NCBI GenBank assembly: GCA_012295275.1
Contig: CM022672.1
Coordinates: forward strand, 32,240,001 to 32,304,000
DNA: 64,000 nt
Direction of reading: 5' to 3'
Source: Chrysomallon squamiferum
Lineage: Eukaryota; Animalia; Mollusca
Under the pieces are notes generated by a model. The model made no database searches, had not been told where the DNA came from, and worked only from the letters and a program-made list of their open reading frames with translations. Position numbers and translations under genes: made by a program. Shown in pieces: positions 41,201 to 55,089 of the stretch. How positions within the stretch are numbered: position 1 is the stretch's first letter; the number at the start of each line of letters is the position of its first letter.

Positions 41201-43151
41201 TAATAATTAATAACTGTCATCTGAAACAGATCATTTAAAATTATTTTTCACACTTCATGGTTACTGAAAGGCCTGAGGGAAAAGTTTATTAAAATTTGTG
41301 AGAGAAAAGTTTACATTTATTTACCAGTCAAGCAGACAGTTAAACTAACATGATGTGAAGAATCTGCTGTAAATAGATTTCTGTACTCTGTGTACAACAC
41401 CAGCTTTTGTCCACAAAATCAGACATGACATTCATACATTTAAAACAAAATTGTCAGTAATAGTATTACAAATGTAATGTACATACACTTTACTTACCAA
41501 TCACTCAGCCTGTTAAAACAGCACTGATGTAAAACATCTGATTGTCTGTAACTGTCCTGTGATTTCTTTGCTGTAAGAATCTGCTGTAAATAGATTTCTG
41601 TACTCTGTGGTGATTCTGACATAACATCCAGCTTGTTTCTGAAAATAAAACATTAATTGTACATTTTTGTAGAACAACTATAACAATTTTATGTCTTCAT
41701 TTGAATTTGGAGTGATGTTTTCAACTAATATATATGTAGAGTGAAATAAAATTTAACTAAAATAAAATAAAGTCAAACTGTATTTATTAAAATATTTCTT
41801 GTTGTTCCTGTACTTTTTATTATCTGGGAATGTGTCTGTTTAAAACAAATTTGAACAAATCAAGTGAGAACCTTTAAGTATGAATCTAATAATTTTAAAA
41901 ATAAAATATACATATTTTTTTTTTTTTTTTTTACATTTTTAAATTGATAACAAATAAAATCTAAAATCTTTATCTTATTCTTAATTTTTAAATTTAAACT
42001 TTCTAAAATGCATGTTCAATTGACTATTTCCTCTTACAGCTATGTTATCACAGTTGGTAAATCAATGACAAAGTCTGTATTTACAAATAAACAATAAAAT
42101 TATATCTAATAATATTAATATTAAAACATTCTCAGGATGAAATTAAGTAATTTATTATTTTGAAGTTTATAAAATCTGGTAGTAAACTGAATTACCTGTC
42201 CATTGTACCCAGCATCTGTTTACAAACATGTTGAGTACATCTGAGTGTCTGAGTCTGTACAAATTTCTCTTAACAGTCAGGACTGGAGAAGTGATTGTTC
42301 TTCACTGAACTGTGCACTACACACATGGTCAAGTGGTCATCCTTGGCCTGAAGGAACCTGGCCTTTTTTCTGAACAGCAAGAGTTTGTTTATCCTGTAAA
42401 GTCATAAATTACATTTATGATTGATAAACCTTAACAATGAAATGAGTTAACTAAAATATTGTAACATTTATTACTGATAACTCCAATAAATAAAATTATA
42501 GTTAATAAAAAAAAAATAATAATAATAAAAAAAAAATCATGAAAATTTATCATTGGTAATCTCTGGAAACAAACACAAATGTCTATTTAAAAATCACCTA
42601 AAATATTAGAATAACAAATTATTTAGTCAGAATAAATTGATTTTGCTGAGATTTTTCTGTATTTTATTCTTGTTCATAATAACCAACAAAAGGAAAATGA
42701 AAGCTTCAAGTTTTTTTTTCAGTTTAGTGATAAAACTTTCATTGTGTCAAACATTTTCCTCAAAAAAGATTATTTCCCATAAATATAAAAAAAAAATCAA
42801 ATAAATCTTTAGAATGGAGGAAAAATAATTTATTTTATTCATGAATACTTTTACTTCTTTCTGTTTTTAAAAACAATAAATTAATTTCCTTGTATGTAAT
42901 TTTGTTCATCTTCAATACAAAAGATGTTTTATGTAAAATTTGTTTAATAATAATTTGGGATGTTTAATGTTATAATAGCTTAATCATATTTGTGATACCA
43001 ATACAAAAAATGAATTTCAAACCTCTGGTCTGTATAAATCACTTTGCACAGACAACACAGACACAACTGTGACAATTCCAGAACTACAGGCCAAGTGAAA
43101 TGACATGACAAACATCTTGGACAATATGGACTCCAGTGGAAATTCAACCAT
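38270..43151 (+). repeat. Third, more diverged copy of the DHX8-bearing block
   Basis: 38270-38600 resembles 14320-14660; 38600-39200 resembles 56190-56690; 39750-42400 resembles 15070-17230. Confidence 0.85.
40670..43151 (-). pseudogene. DHX8: Unprocessed 3' fragment of DHX8/Prp22 (4 exons plus an exon duplicate)
   Basis: 43151-43023 MVEFPLESILSKMFVMSFHLACSSGIVTVVSVLSVQSDLYRPE (recalled DHX8 HA2 region [23 protein letters not shown]...LSVQNVFYRPK); 42393-42196 DKQTLA...KQMLGTMDR; 41638-41498 NKLDVMS; 40867 to about 40670 VVYNE...KWLLEFASKF. Stops and frameshifts in the last three exons. Confidence 0.92.
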
Positions 43152-44914
43152 CTGTAAATACAAAATAAATATATAACAAATATACATGATTAATAGTTGT
43201 AAAAGATTTTACAGCAGCAACAACAACAACAACAACAACAATAATAACAAGAACAATAACAACTGTATTTTACTTCAAAATATCAGCATGATAAATATAT
43301 ATAAAACAATGTTTAAATATACCTATCCACTTCATAACAGCTAGTATATTAAAAATGTGTATATACATATATAGTTTTAAATATTACTTTGCGAAATATA
43401 TATATATAGGCCTATATTGTATAATATACACTACAGTTATACTGTATACTCTGTAATACACTTAAACACTAATACAGGGCAGCGGGCTTGAAATGGCCAA
43501 AGATCCGTTTGGGCGACTTGACCTGTTTATCTATAAGTTATAATTCAAGAGCCACTATTAATTACTTTATCTCAAATATCTATTTCACATAAAAGGTTTG
43601 CTCGTAGTTCGATAAATTGGACGAACTGGCTTATCTTATTTTGCCAATATTTTTTTATAAACACTAACTGTGAACGCCTAATACTGTTTAACTGTTATTC
43701 CTGGATAATATATCTCAGTTCAGAAATATATTGTTCTTGGAGTTTATTAATTTCAAAATCAATGTTAATAAAATTTTGAAAATTAATGATAGTTTTGATC
43801 TACTGGATGAAGTATTGGATCCTTAGATAAAGTTTATTACGATGTTATTTTTAGATAAATCTTTTGCTTTTTGTCAGTTCTCAAGTATTACTCTACAAAT
43901 CAATGACTGTACATTTTGCAATCAACTGAAATGTGTTCTAACTGTAAATGCTGCAGTGGACTGAATTCTGATATTTTCTTTCTTATGATTGAGATTTTTT
44001 AATGGATCTTTGAAAAATTCATTTTATCTCATTGACGATCACAAAGTCAACAATCATACAAATTAAATAATCTACTATAGTCTTATATAATCACAAAACA
44101 CACTATTCTAGATTCATAAACAGACATTTACAAAATTCATTTATGATATTTACTAACCTTTGTATTCTTTTCTTAACACTGTATACTAATAATTAAAATA
44201 TTTAGGATTACAACTAAAGTAATATAAAAAAAAAAAAAAAAAAAGTTCCTGAAATGAAAAAAAAAAATAAAACACCATTAATATTACAGGTTTACATAAA
44301 TACCTTAAAGGTTATCTGCTTAAACTGAGATAAAAAGCTTAACAAAGTAGGTAACCAAATACATTGAACTCTTCACATGAGAGACAACACATTTCCTGAG
44401 AATTCACTTCATTTGTTATCACAGTCAGTATATGTCATCCAGTCACAGATACATATTTATTGTGTAGTTCACAGAATATGAGAGGAAAAAAACAAATCAC
44501 ACCAAAACACACTGGCCCCTACATGACACTCATATAATAGCATATAAAAACATAATGTTACATATAAATAATACAGCGATATAAATTAACAGTCTTTACT
44601 AAAACTGATGGTTTTGTAAGTATATAAACATCCATTCCACCCTCGAAAACAAGCACGTTCTACAACCCTCAGCCCGACACACACTTACATTCACATACAC
44701 AAACATCACTACACGTATCACACAACACTAATTAACTGAATATGTTTGTTACATGTTATATCTCATCATGGAAATAAAACATTTACCAGAGCCTCGGAAA
44801 GACGGCCCTAAGAAATGAAATTTTTGTTTGCGCTTTTTAGCCACATTCTTGTTCAACGTTTGACGCTTCTTTTAACGTTGTTTACTGCAAGAAGGACAAC
44901 AACAAATGTTATGA

Positions 44915-44995
<81 letters not shown>

Positions 44996-45240
44996 TTAAA
45001 ATAACTGAAGAAAAAAACGAAAACAGATAGGGGAGCAAGAAAGAAACAAAATGATAAATAAATAAATAAATAAAATGAAGGTTTCTATCCGGATACAGCC
45101 TTGTATTTGCTTGCACAAGGAAATAAAAGGTTTTATTTATTTATTTATTTTATTTTATTTTATTTTGTTTCGATTTTGTGTCAGGTAAATTCTTACTTTG
45201 AAAATATTATGAACCTTTAACACCAAGCCTCCCAAACTTT

Positions 45241-45380
45241 AAATGGCGCGAAAAAGGGAAATTTAAATGTAAAAAAAAATTACCACGTGTGTTTCGTCTG
45301 ATCGCTGATTGGTTGATGCTGAAGTAATATAACTGACATCTGCAATTCTCGCGGAAAAAATAACTGAGCTGGCGGGAAAA
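45241..45380. promoter_or_regulatory. Promoter-like motif cluster (E2F-like x3, CCAAT, E-box)
   Basis: ggcgcgaaa 45245-45253, cacgtg 45284-45289, gattgg 45307-45312, tctcgcggaaa from 45347 and ggcgggaaa 45371-45379, in a CpG-rich patch. Confidence 0.5.
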
Positions 45381-45671
45381 AAATGTCTCTCCTGTTGATT
45401 TTCTTCACTTTACAAAAAGAAAAACAAAAATTGCAATTCCACGGTAGAAAAAAAAAAAAGAAGTAAATAATAATTAAAACAAACAAATAGAAAAAAGAAA
45501 CGCTATTAGATGAATCTATTGCTCATTATTAATAACGAAATGTACAAAAGCTAAACGAAACAATAAAAATAACGATTGAGACAATAATGATAAATAGAAT
45601 AAAAGAAAAATAGAAAAAGTAATACCACGATCAAAATAACAATATAATAACAACATCAACAACAGCATAAA

Positions 45672-45763
<92 letters not shown>

Positions 45764-45854
45764 GCTCATTGAAAAATCAGTGTAGGTTAAAATCCCCCAG
45801 CAGCCAATATTCCACATATAAAATTTCTGTACCCGTCCTCTCGCTCTCTAAAAC

Positions 45855-45868
45855 ACACACACACACAC

Positions 45869-45923
<55 letters not shown>

Positions 45924-46056
45924 CTACACTTTCTTTCACATACAAATACGTCTCCTGTTTCACCATTGAACGCACACCCATAATCTCTCACATGCACACA
46001 TACAAACATGTCCCGGTGACCGAACGGTAACATCCTCCGCCTTCGGAGGGAAGTAA
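45855..46056 (+). mobile_element. Probable 3' end of a Helentron-associated (HINE/DINE-like) element
   Basis: (CA)n tract followed by the hairpin cctccg-cctt-cggagg (46034-46049) and gaagtaa; a microsatellite plus 3' stem-loop layout. Confidence 0.4.
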
Positions 46057-46090
46057 GGAATGAGCACATGTAACTGAACGAAGTACACCA

Positions 46091-46290
46091 NNNNNNNNNN
46101 NNNNNNNNNNNNNNNNNNNNNNNNNNNNNNNNNNNNNNNNNNNNNNNNNNNNNNNNNNNNNNNNNNNNNNNNNNNNNNNNNNNNNNNNNNNNNNNNNNNN
46201 NNNNNNNNNNNNNNNNNNNNNNNNNNNNNNNNNNNNNNNNNNNNNNNNNNNNNNNNNNNNNNNNNNNNNNNNNNNNNNNNNNNNNNNNNN
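46091..46290. other. Assembly gap (200 N)
   Basis: Run of exactly 200 n, typical of a scaffolding join of unknown true size. Confidence 0.99.
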
Positions 46291-47065
46291 AATTATATTC
46301 TTCCTGTTTGTTTCTAGCTCTTTTCTTCTTTTTTATGTTGTAAACTAATGAACTTTGGCTTCTTATATTTCTTAAAATATTTTCGTAGTTATTTTATTAT
46401 TATTATTTTTTTATCGATGTTCCTTTTATTGCTGTTGTCGTTACTTCTAACCTTCATATTCTGCTCGCTTTTGTTTGTTTTTTCCTGTTATTGTTATTAT
46501 TATTAGTATTATTTCTCTTGTTGACGCGGTCGTTGGCATCGTCCTGTTGTCGTTGCTATTAACAGCATCGTTGTAATTCTCAATAATATTATTTTCTCCT
46601 TTCATGTTGTCGCTGTTGTTGTCGTTACTGTCAATCCAGTTATTGTGATGGTTTCTCGTTTTCCTGTTGTAATTACTATATTACCACCACTGTTACTACT
46701 ACTTTTACTGCTATTACTAATACTACTACTGCTACTACTACTACTACTACTACTACTGCTATTATTAGTAGTAGTATTGTTGTTGTTTACAATTCAGTTG
46801 AGTATCTGAATCTTGAACCAGCACTTTTTAAACAATTGTTTTAATAAATAACTAACTAACTAGCTAAATAAATAAAAAGACTGACTGTAAATATATATAT
46901 TACAATCAGTCTTTTTATTTATATGGATGATAACAAGACAGTTAATTTTAATGGAAAAAAACCATGTGTGTGTAATACTCACATTTACATCACATTTCTA
47001 AAGTTATGTAACATTGCAGCATATCAACTTCCAATGTAACAAAGTTCACGTGTTTTCACGCCGTG

Positions 47066-47528
47066 TCAGAGACTCGCAATCATACAACCGTGTTTCAGAC
47101 GTGTCAGAGACTCGCAATCATACAACCGTGTTTCAGACGTGACAGAGACTCGCAATCTTACAACCGTGTTTCAGACGTGTCAGAGACTCGCAATCTTACA
47201 ACCGTGTTTCAGACGTGACAGAGACTCGCAATCTTACAACCGTGTTTCAGACGTGTCAGAGACTCGCAATCATACAACCGTGTTTCAGACGTGACAGAGA
47301 CTCGCAATCATACAACCGTGTTTCAGACGTGTCAGAGACTCGCAATCATACAACCGTGTTTCAGACGTGACAGAGACTCGCAATCTTACAACCGTGATTC
47401 AGACGTGACAGAAACTCGCAATCTTACAACCGTGTTTCACACGTGCCACAGACTCGCAATCTTACAACCGTGTTTCACACGTGACAGAGACTCGCAATCT
47501 TACAACCGTGTTTCAGACGTGACAGAGG
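47066..47528. repeat. 38-bp minisatellite, about 12 units
   Basis: Same unit as 4462-5035 with interspersed gtgtc/gtgac and atcat/atctt variants. Confidence 0.95.
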
Positions 47529-48242
47529 ATTGCGACCTGTTGCACTGGAACTGAGATGAAAGCCGATCTAGAAAATACCCGGAGTATATTTTATTTTGAA
47601 GATTTTTTTGTTTCAAAAGCAAAACGAAAAATTAATGTAAGTAAAAATTATGTCTTTTTGTTCATTCCATTAAAGTAATATTAACACAAATTTTAAAAAT
47701 GTAAATGTCTCTATGGCCACAAGTTTGTTGTGAAACAAGGAAACAAACAACAAGGAACTCAAACTCGGGTTCTACATGTTGTATTTTTTAATTTATTTTA
47801 TTTTCGTTATTTTGTTATTGTATTATTTTTATTTATCTTATTTTTATTTTTATTTTCATTTTATTTTTTGTTTTGAAGAAAAAAATAATAAGAAAAAATA
47901 AGAAAAAAGTAATAAAAGAAAAGAAGAAAAAAGTAATACATCTTGGTAGAAATTTCATTTAAGATTTCTGTAACAAATGTTTAATTCTCTGCAGAAAAGA
48001 GCTATTACAACTTTTTTACTTATTACATTTCAATAAATCACTAATTTCAAAATATATTTAAACGTTTATTTTAAAAGTTATAAAATAAGATTTTCTCAAC
48101 ACAACACTGAAAGGAAGACTTAATATTATGTAATTATTCTGATAAATAATTAACAAAATAGTTTTTTTATAACACAACTACTACTACTGCTACTACTACT
48201 AATAAGAATAATAATAATAATAATCTTTATCGTTCGTCTTTG

Positions 48243-48315
<73 letters not shown>

Positions 48316-48867
48316 AATTTAAAATGTTTGCTATGAAACTCCGGGAAGCAAATAATTCTGTTTCGTAATTCATTCAATAGCTGAACATATATTAAAAATA
48401 AACTTTAAAGAAAATGCGACTTACTATTATCAGAAACCCTTTGGCTACCAATAAAACAACATTACATGAAATGCAAAAATCTGCATCTTTTATTGACTAA
48501 ATTTTTGCCTCTGTAGTTTTTAACGATTTGCCAAACATTCTTTTTTTCTTATAATTTAAAAAAACAAATTAAAAACAAATTTAATTTAAAAAAATTAAAT
48601 ATTAAAAAAAAAAAAAAAAAAAAAATGCTTTATCTGTTTTACACATATTTGAAGTAAAAGTAATAATATTTATCTTAGTTTTTGTGGCAGTTATCGCATA
48701 ATTTTTATGGCGTGCGTGTGTGGATGACAGCAACTGACAGCAAATATCTTTTAACTCGCGTATTTGCATTTTAAAAGCATTTTAAAAATACATAGACAGA
48801 TAAGAGATAGGATGAAAGGCAGACAGGGTCAGAGAGAGAGATAAAGAATGCGAGAAGGTGAAAGCTT

Positions 48868-49003
<136 letters not shown>

Positions 49004-50416
49004 TAGAAAAGATTATTGTATAGTCTACGAGGAAACAGTCATTGAGACCTATAAAATGTCTTGTCAGCGGGTAAATAAATGATATTAACCTCAAGGGTAT
49101 GTAAAGCTTAGTAAAATTATCTTCAACTGCTAACTGCCTTCGTTAATTTTATTTCAGTCTTTAAATTAGTAAAAAAAAAAAAAAATCATAAAATAAATAA
49201 ATAAATACATACATAAATAATTCCACCAGATAATAAACAATGCTATCCTTTCGAAATAGGCGTTCGACAGGCGGGCAAATACTTATTCAGATAAAGAAGA
49301 TATTAAAAAACGTGTTAAAGTGAAAACAAAACTCTGATATGTGTATTACTTGAGCTTTATTTCATCTTAATATGTTTGTAAACACAGAAATTTTAACTGA
49401 ATTACTGGCGACATTTACAGTCTTGAGGAAACTCGTAGTAGCTGAACCTGAACAACATCAAATAAATAACTAACTAAATAAATAATGCCGCCAGATAATA
49501 AATTATGCTTTCCTTTCGAAATAGGCGCTCGATTAACTCAGACTGCAAATACTAATCCAGCTTAAGAAGAAATTAAAATATTTAGTTTCTGAATAATGAC
49601 TATAAAAAAAAAAGAAAAAAAAAGTAAATTGTCTCGGTCTGTTTTAAAATAATAGGAATTGATATCCTATTTGGAAATAAAAATGGAGATCTGTTAGGAA
49701 AGGGAAATACAGAATGAAAGCATTGTAGAAAATGAAGCTGGCTGAAATACGTAATTCGATGTTCAATGTATTTCGTTCGTTATTCATCTGTTTATTCGTT
49801 GATTTATTCGTTCATTGGTTAATTCATTTATTCATTCATTTACTCATTAATTCATTCATCCATTCCTAGAGTTATAATGCCATGTACTTCATTTAGTACA
49901 AAAGAAACATGGATTATACTAACATAGTTCATTAACGATTACAAAACATTTAAAATGCAGTTTCATGTTTATTTGCATAATCAAAGTAGACGTTGGTAGC
50001 TGAAAGAAATTACATAACACATTAACACAAGAACAATCACTTTAAACTGAGAGTCATCTACAAATATTTTCAACATATGTCAGTTAATGGTCAAGTAAAG
50101 TGAATTTGAAGAAAGGCACCTAAATATATTTTAATATTAATTAGATGCAAATATTTGTGTAAGATTGTTTTATAATGATAATAGTATAAAGGATGCTCGC
50201 AGCTAATTTAGCATAATTATCAGAAAGTCAAAGTCTCTTGGTTCGCGCCTTTCTTTGTTTTATCATTACCAGTTTAATTTAGTGAAGCGTGAAAGAGAAA
50301 CTACAATGTCACAAAAATACGTCCATAGACATTATTTAGAAAAAATATATTAAAACAAGTGCCACAAAAACTTATAGCGACAAGCTTGTAATAATAATTG
50401 CTGAAAATAAACTTTA

Positions 50417-50464
<48 letters not shown>

Positions 50465-50773
50465 AAAATAAAAAAATAAATAAATGTTTAAAATGTAGAG
50501 GTGACGGGATGAATCTTCTGGTGATATTCTTTTTCTTTAGAGTTTCACTCTTGACAATTTATCGTTTAAGGACAATTAAGGAAAATGGCTGTAGTCACGG
50601 AGCAACGGTTAGAACAGGAATTATTTAAGTGCCGTACTGAAGATCCTGCATAACTACCGATCCTGTTAATAACTAAAAACGTGTTAAAGAAGTGAAAACA
50701 AAACTCTGATATGTGTATTACTTGAGCTTTATTTCATCTTAATATGTTTGTAAACACAGAAATTTTAACTGAA

Positions 50774-52559
50774 TTACTGGCGACATTTACAGTCTTGAGG
50801 AAAATCGTAGTAGTTGAAGCTGAAGCCAGCGGGCCAGTGTTCACAAGGTTTCTTACAGTAAGCATAAAACCAAAACCTCGCCAAGCCAGCAGCCTGACAC
50901 TGGGTCGTCTTTTCACAGGGACAGAACTGATGACAAGACGTGTGGCTGTAATTTTAAAACTTAGTGTTAAACATTTTAAACTCATACTTCTATTACTGTT
51001 GAATGAGCATATCTTATCTTGGGGCCGGTATTATCTCGGAAGCTGAATTTTAAGGGGTTTTTTTATTTATTTATTTATTTATTTTTTTTATTTTTTTTTT
51101 TTTTTTATTTTTTTTTTTTTTTCATTTTTTTTTTTTAACGTAGCAGTAAATCGAGATGGTTTAATATTATTATCAAATTATCTGGTACATGGAACAAACA
51201 TTGTATTTACAAAAAAAAAAAAAACAAAAAAAAAAAAACATGCACAAATTATAATTAATTATGTCTCGGTTGATCGAAAAGATGTTCTGCTTTCAGAAAT
51301 CCGAATTTAGGATAAAGGAAGCTCAGTCCATGACTACTACTACTATAACTACTGATACTACTAGTGCTACTGCCATTATAACTATCACTAGTACTGCTTA
51401 TATTACTACTACGATTATCATTACTGCTTATATTACTACTACGATTAGCATTACTGATGATATTGCTACAACTAGTTTACTATTACTACTACTATTATTG
51501 CTATTACTACTACCATTACCACAACTACTATATTTGTGTATTTAAGAACAAATAAAATGTAAATATCATTTACATTTAACAGATAAATTATTTAAGGATT
51601 GTCATGCAATTTATTTAGATCTTTTAAGAAATACGTTTCATTTGCTGAAGCTAAACTGATGGATGAAAAATTCTCAGTCTGGGCGTGTAAATGTGTGTAT
51701 TCACTCTAGTATAAGAGTACGTGCGTGTAAATGTGTGTATTTACTGTACGTGTCTGTGAGTATGTCCGAATCAAAGAACGTGTCCCTGCGTTCCACCTAC
51801 CAGCACACACACTTAAATATACACGTACTCCTAAACTACAAAACTAGATAATTCAAACGTTACTAACGCGCAGGTCACTTTTCGAATTCTCCACAGTCCT
51901 GGACCAGTCACAGAGCAGTGATCTTTACAAAACGTGTCCACGTTCTCTTCATAGTACGGACACGGCTCACACGTAGTTTGAGGTTTTAGGATTTAGACAG
52001 AATTTCACCTATAATGGGGTTTTCCTTCGACAGTGCAATCTTTCTAAATGTGTCTGTATCGAAAAATGCGGTTAAAATGGACTCGATGTCCCTATAAGTA
52101 AAATAAATAATTGTGTATCAGTTTTACAAAATAATAATAATAATAATAACAATAACAACAACAACAACAACAACAAAATCACAACAATAACAATGACAAT
52201 AATAATAAGAGCAATAACAAAAACAGCAACAATAATAATAATAACGTAAAATTCAAGCACATACATTTAAATAATTAATAAAAAAATGAAAGAAAAATAG
52301 TTTTTACTTACGTGGAGTTAGCAGCACAGCCAGAGAAGAACATCAAACAAAAAAGGGGAGATAATTTCTGAAAATAAAACTAATAAAATAAATACATTTA
52401 ACCTGTGCGTTAAAGTGTGTGCGTGAATCGACGCTAATATTTAATGCATTCATTTTATCTTTTCTGTTATTTTGATTTAATATTTTATTTTATTTCTATT
52501 TTATTTATAATTTTTGTTTTCAGCTCTGTATGGTTTGAATAAAACAAATTTCTTACCAT
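50774..52559 (-). CDS. Spaetzle-like cystine-knot gene, copy B; same frameshift
   Basis: ATG 52559-52557; exons 52367-52312, 52091-51868 (224 nt) and 50945-50774. Exons 3 and 4 are identical to copy A by eye; one L-to-P change in the signal peptide. Confidence 0.8.
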
Positions 52560-52967
52560 TTTTTTCTTTCTTCTTCTATGTTCTTTTCTAGAGAGAAAAA
52601 TTGTCTGTTAAAATGTTTTACTGGAAGTTCACTAAATTTGGTTGTATTTGCTGAAACAATTTATGTAACAGATGTAACTGATCAGTTTCATTTGATTTTA
52701 TCAGTAATTAAAACGACATTGAAAAGAAAAAAAAAAAAAAAAAAAAAAAAAAGCAGTGTAAAAAATTGAGAGAATTAAATTTGTCGTCTGCTGTGAACAT
52801 CAAAGGAGATTTTTTTTCTAACTCGTTTTAATCGATTCTCATTCCAGGGCGGGTCCAGGAACATGGGAAAGAGGGGACACCATCATTACGGTGATAATGT
52901 CTTCCATTTTAAATTTATGGAAAAAAGAAAGAAAAAAAAAAAAAAATGTATACATCAGTAAATGAAA

Positions 52968-52998
<31 letters not shown>

Positions 52999-53845
52999 CA
53001 GGGTTCGTAGACCTTTGGCTGTCAAAATTTCCATAACGTTTCCAAAACCTTCCATAGCCCACAAATCCAAATTTCCAAAACCATTTCCAAGCGAACTCAA
53101 TCACAACAAAGTGTTTTTAGCAGTTTTTAAATATGTTTGTCAGAGTTAAAACGTTTTCCTCGACTAGGCTGCAGAGTATTCAAGGTAGGATTACTAGTAA
53201 TGACAAATTTAATGTAATTTATTTTGGCGTTTTAAAATGCAGTTTTATTCTTGGTGTTAGACATCACTATGATGATATGTAAGGCAGATTGAGAGAAATA
53301 TGAATACAGAAGTATTGCTTTAGAAACAGTTGTCGCGTTGGTTTCTTTTTATTGAATTAATAACCCATATCTTTAAACTGCCCCAAATCCTACTCCTTAT
53401 GGGTTTGTTGTCTGAATTATCAGTTGGAATTCTCTCTCAGTTTTATTATTTTCCAACTTTCGACCTCAGTTTCAAGTTTTTCTTTTTGCTTTCACAGTCT
53501 TTCTGAAACTATTAGATTAGTGAAATCAGTGAGATTTCCCTTTTTCCTCAGCAGATGAAGACAGTGATTCAATATGTTTTTCTAATCATGTTCACTTTGT
53601 CTCTAATTCAGTGCACTGAGTACATTGAGACGTTTACCATTCTACGCATTGCTCTAATCCCTAACCCTAAAATGAAAAATAATCTAACCCTAAGGGGCCG
53701 TTCAAATATTACAAAACACTATATTTGTCTAAATTAAACGGTAAACCGAAAGAAAGAAACAGTAAAAAAAAAAACAGGGAAGAAAGAAACAGTTTTATTC
53801 ACAACAAATTTATTCTCATATATGAATTTCTTTGTATCATTTAGG

Positions 53846-55089
53846 TCATAAGCACTTAGTAATACGAATGTTGTGTCCGACTCCAACCAAAAACTCAGGA
53901 ATGGACTTGGAACTATTGACACGGTCCTGGCACAAGGATTTGAGTCTCCTCTGAAGGCGAATATGACCTTTGTTCTTGCACTTCTTCGGAGGATTGCCAA
54001 CTGCATCCTGTTGAAGAACGGTGTGTACAGTGGATTCTTCACGCTGGAACCACTGGATAACTTTCCAGACAGAAGGATGATGATGGCCAACCATGCTGAA
54101 AAACTTATTGTTCCACCCTTCACAACTGTTGTTCGTTCGGTGGCCGTCATTGAGAGTGACCTCATGTCCGTACTCCTCACACTTGTCCACAACCGCTTCA
54201 AACAGTTCATCGTACACAGAACTGGACTTGTTCTGCAGCAGCGCGTAAACACATGTCATTCCAACGTCACGGAAAGGAACACGAAGCACATAAACCTGGA
54301 GAACTGAGCTGGAGCCATGGAGAAGTTGTCATCCATGAAGATGTTAGTCGCAGTGGCCAGGTGTCTGAGTCTCTGTTCTGTACTAAGACGATGATCCTGC
54401 TAATAGTCTCTGGTCCAGTGTCGTAGAGTAGGAATGGCTCTGGATAAGGGTCAACTGTTTTCTGCCACTCATCTGGTATGAACTCAGAGAGGTGCTGTGG
54501 TACTGGAGGAGTCTTGCTTAGTGTTCTTCTCGAGTGGTATTCGTGACTGCACGTCTGGTCCGAGTTCGGCTGTGACTAAGCGAAGATCTGTGATGACTTT
54601 TCCAGTGAGTTCGCAGCTTGGTCACACATGGCGCTGCGACATTTGGTGTATGAGATCTCAGTGTCATCAGGTGCATGAACGACCGGGTTCTGGATCAGTC
54701 ATATCTGCCGTAGTGCTGAGTGTAGCCAGACAACCTTTAGAAACATAATATAATACACTAATTAATACCAGAATATGAAGTCATTCGGAAATATTAATAT
54801 TCAAACCTCATCTATAATTTCTTACTGTATTCTGAAGAAATACACAAGATTTTCCCGCCCATCCAATTAAATCGCATTCATTAACACATATTGCATTTCA
54901 GAAATATAAAATATAAATAAAATCATATACAGTATATGCACCCTGAAACATACCAAGATGGAATTTCTTGGAGCACTTCCACCAAATCTTGTTCTTATTA
55001 GTAGCTAACTTGGTATACATGTGTCCATGATAACACATTTTTTATCAAACTTTCTGACTCTTGATGATGTCCATAGTAATTTTATTCAT
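53846..55089 (-). mobile_element. MULE/FLYWCH transposase relic (family 1, copy B)
   Basis: Retains TCVYALLQNKSSSVYDELF and RTNNSCEGWNNKF...HHHPSVWKVI, which copy A lacks. The central second-Asp/CxxH region is deleted. Confidence 0.9.
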
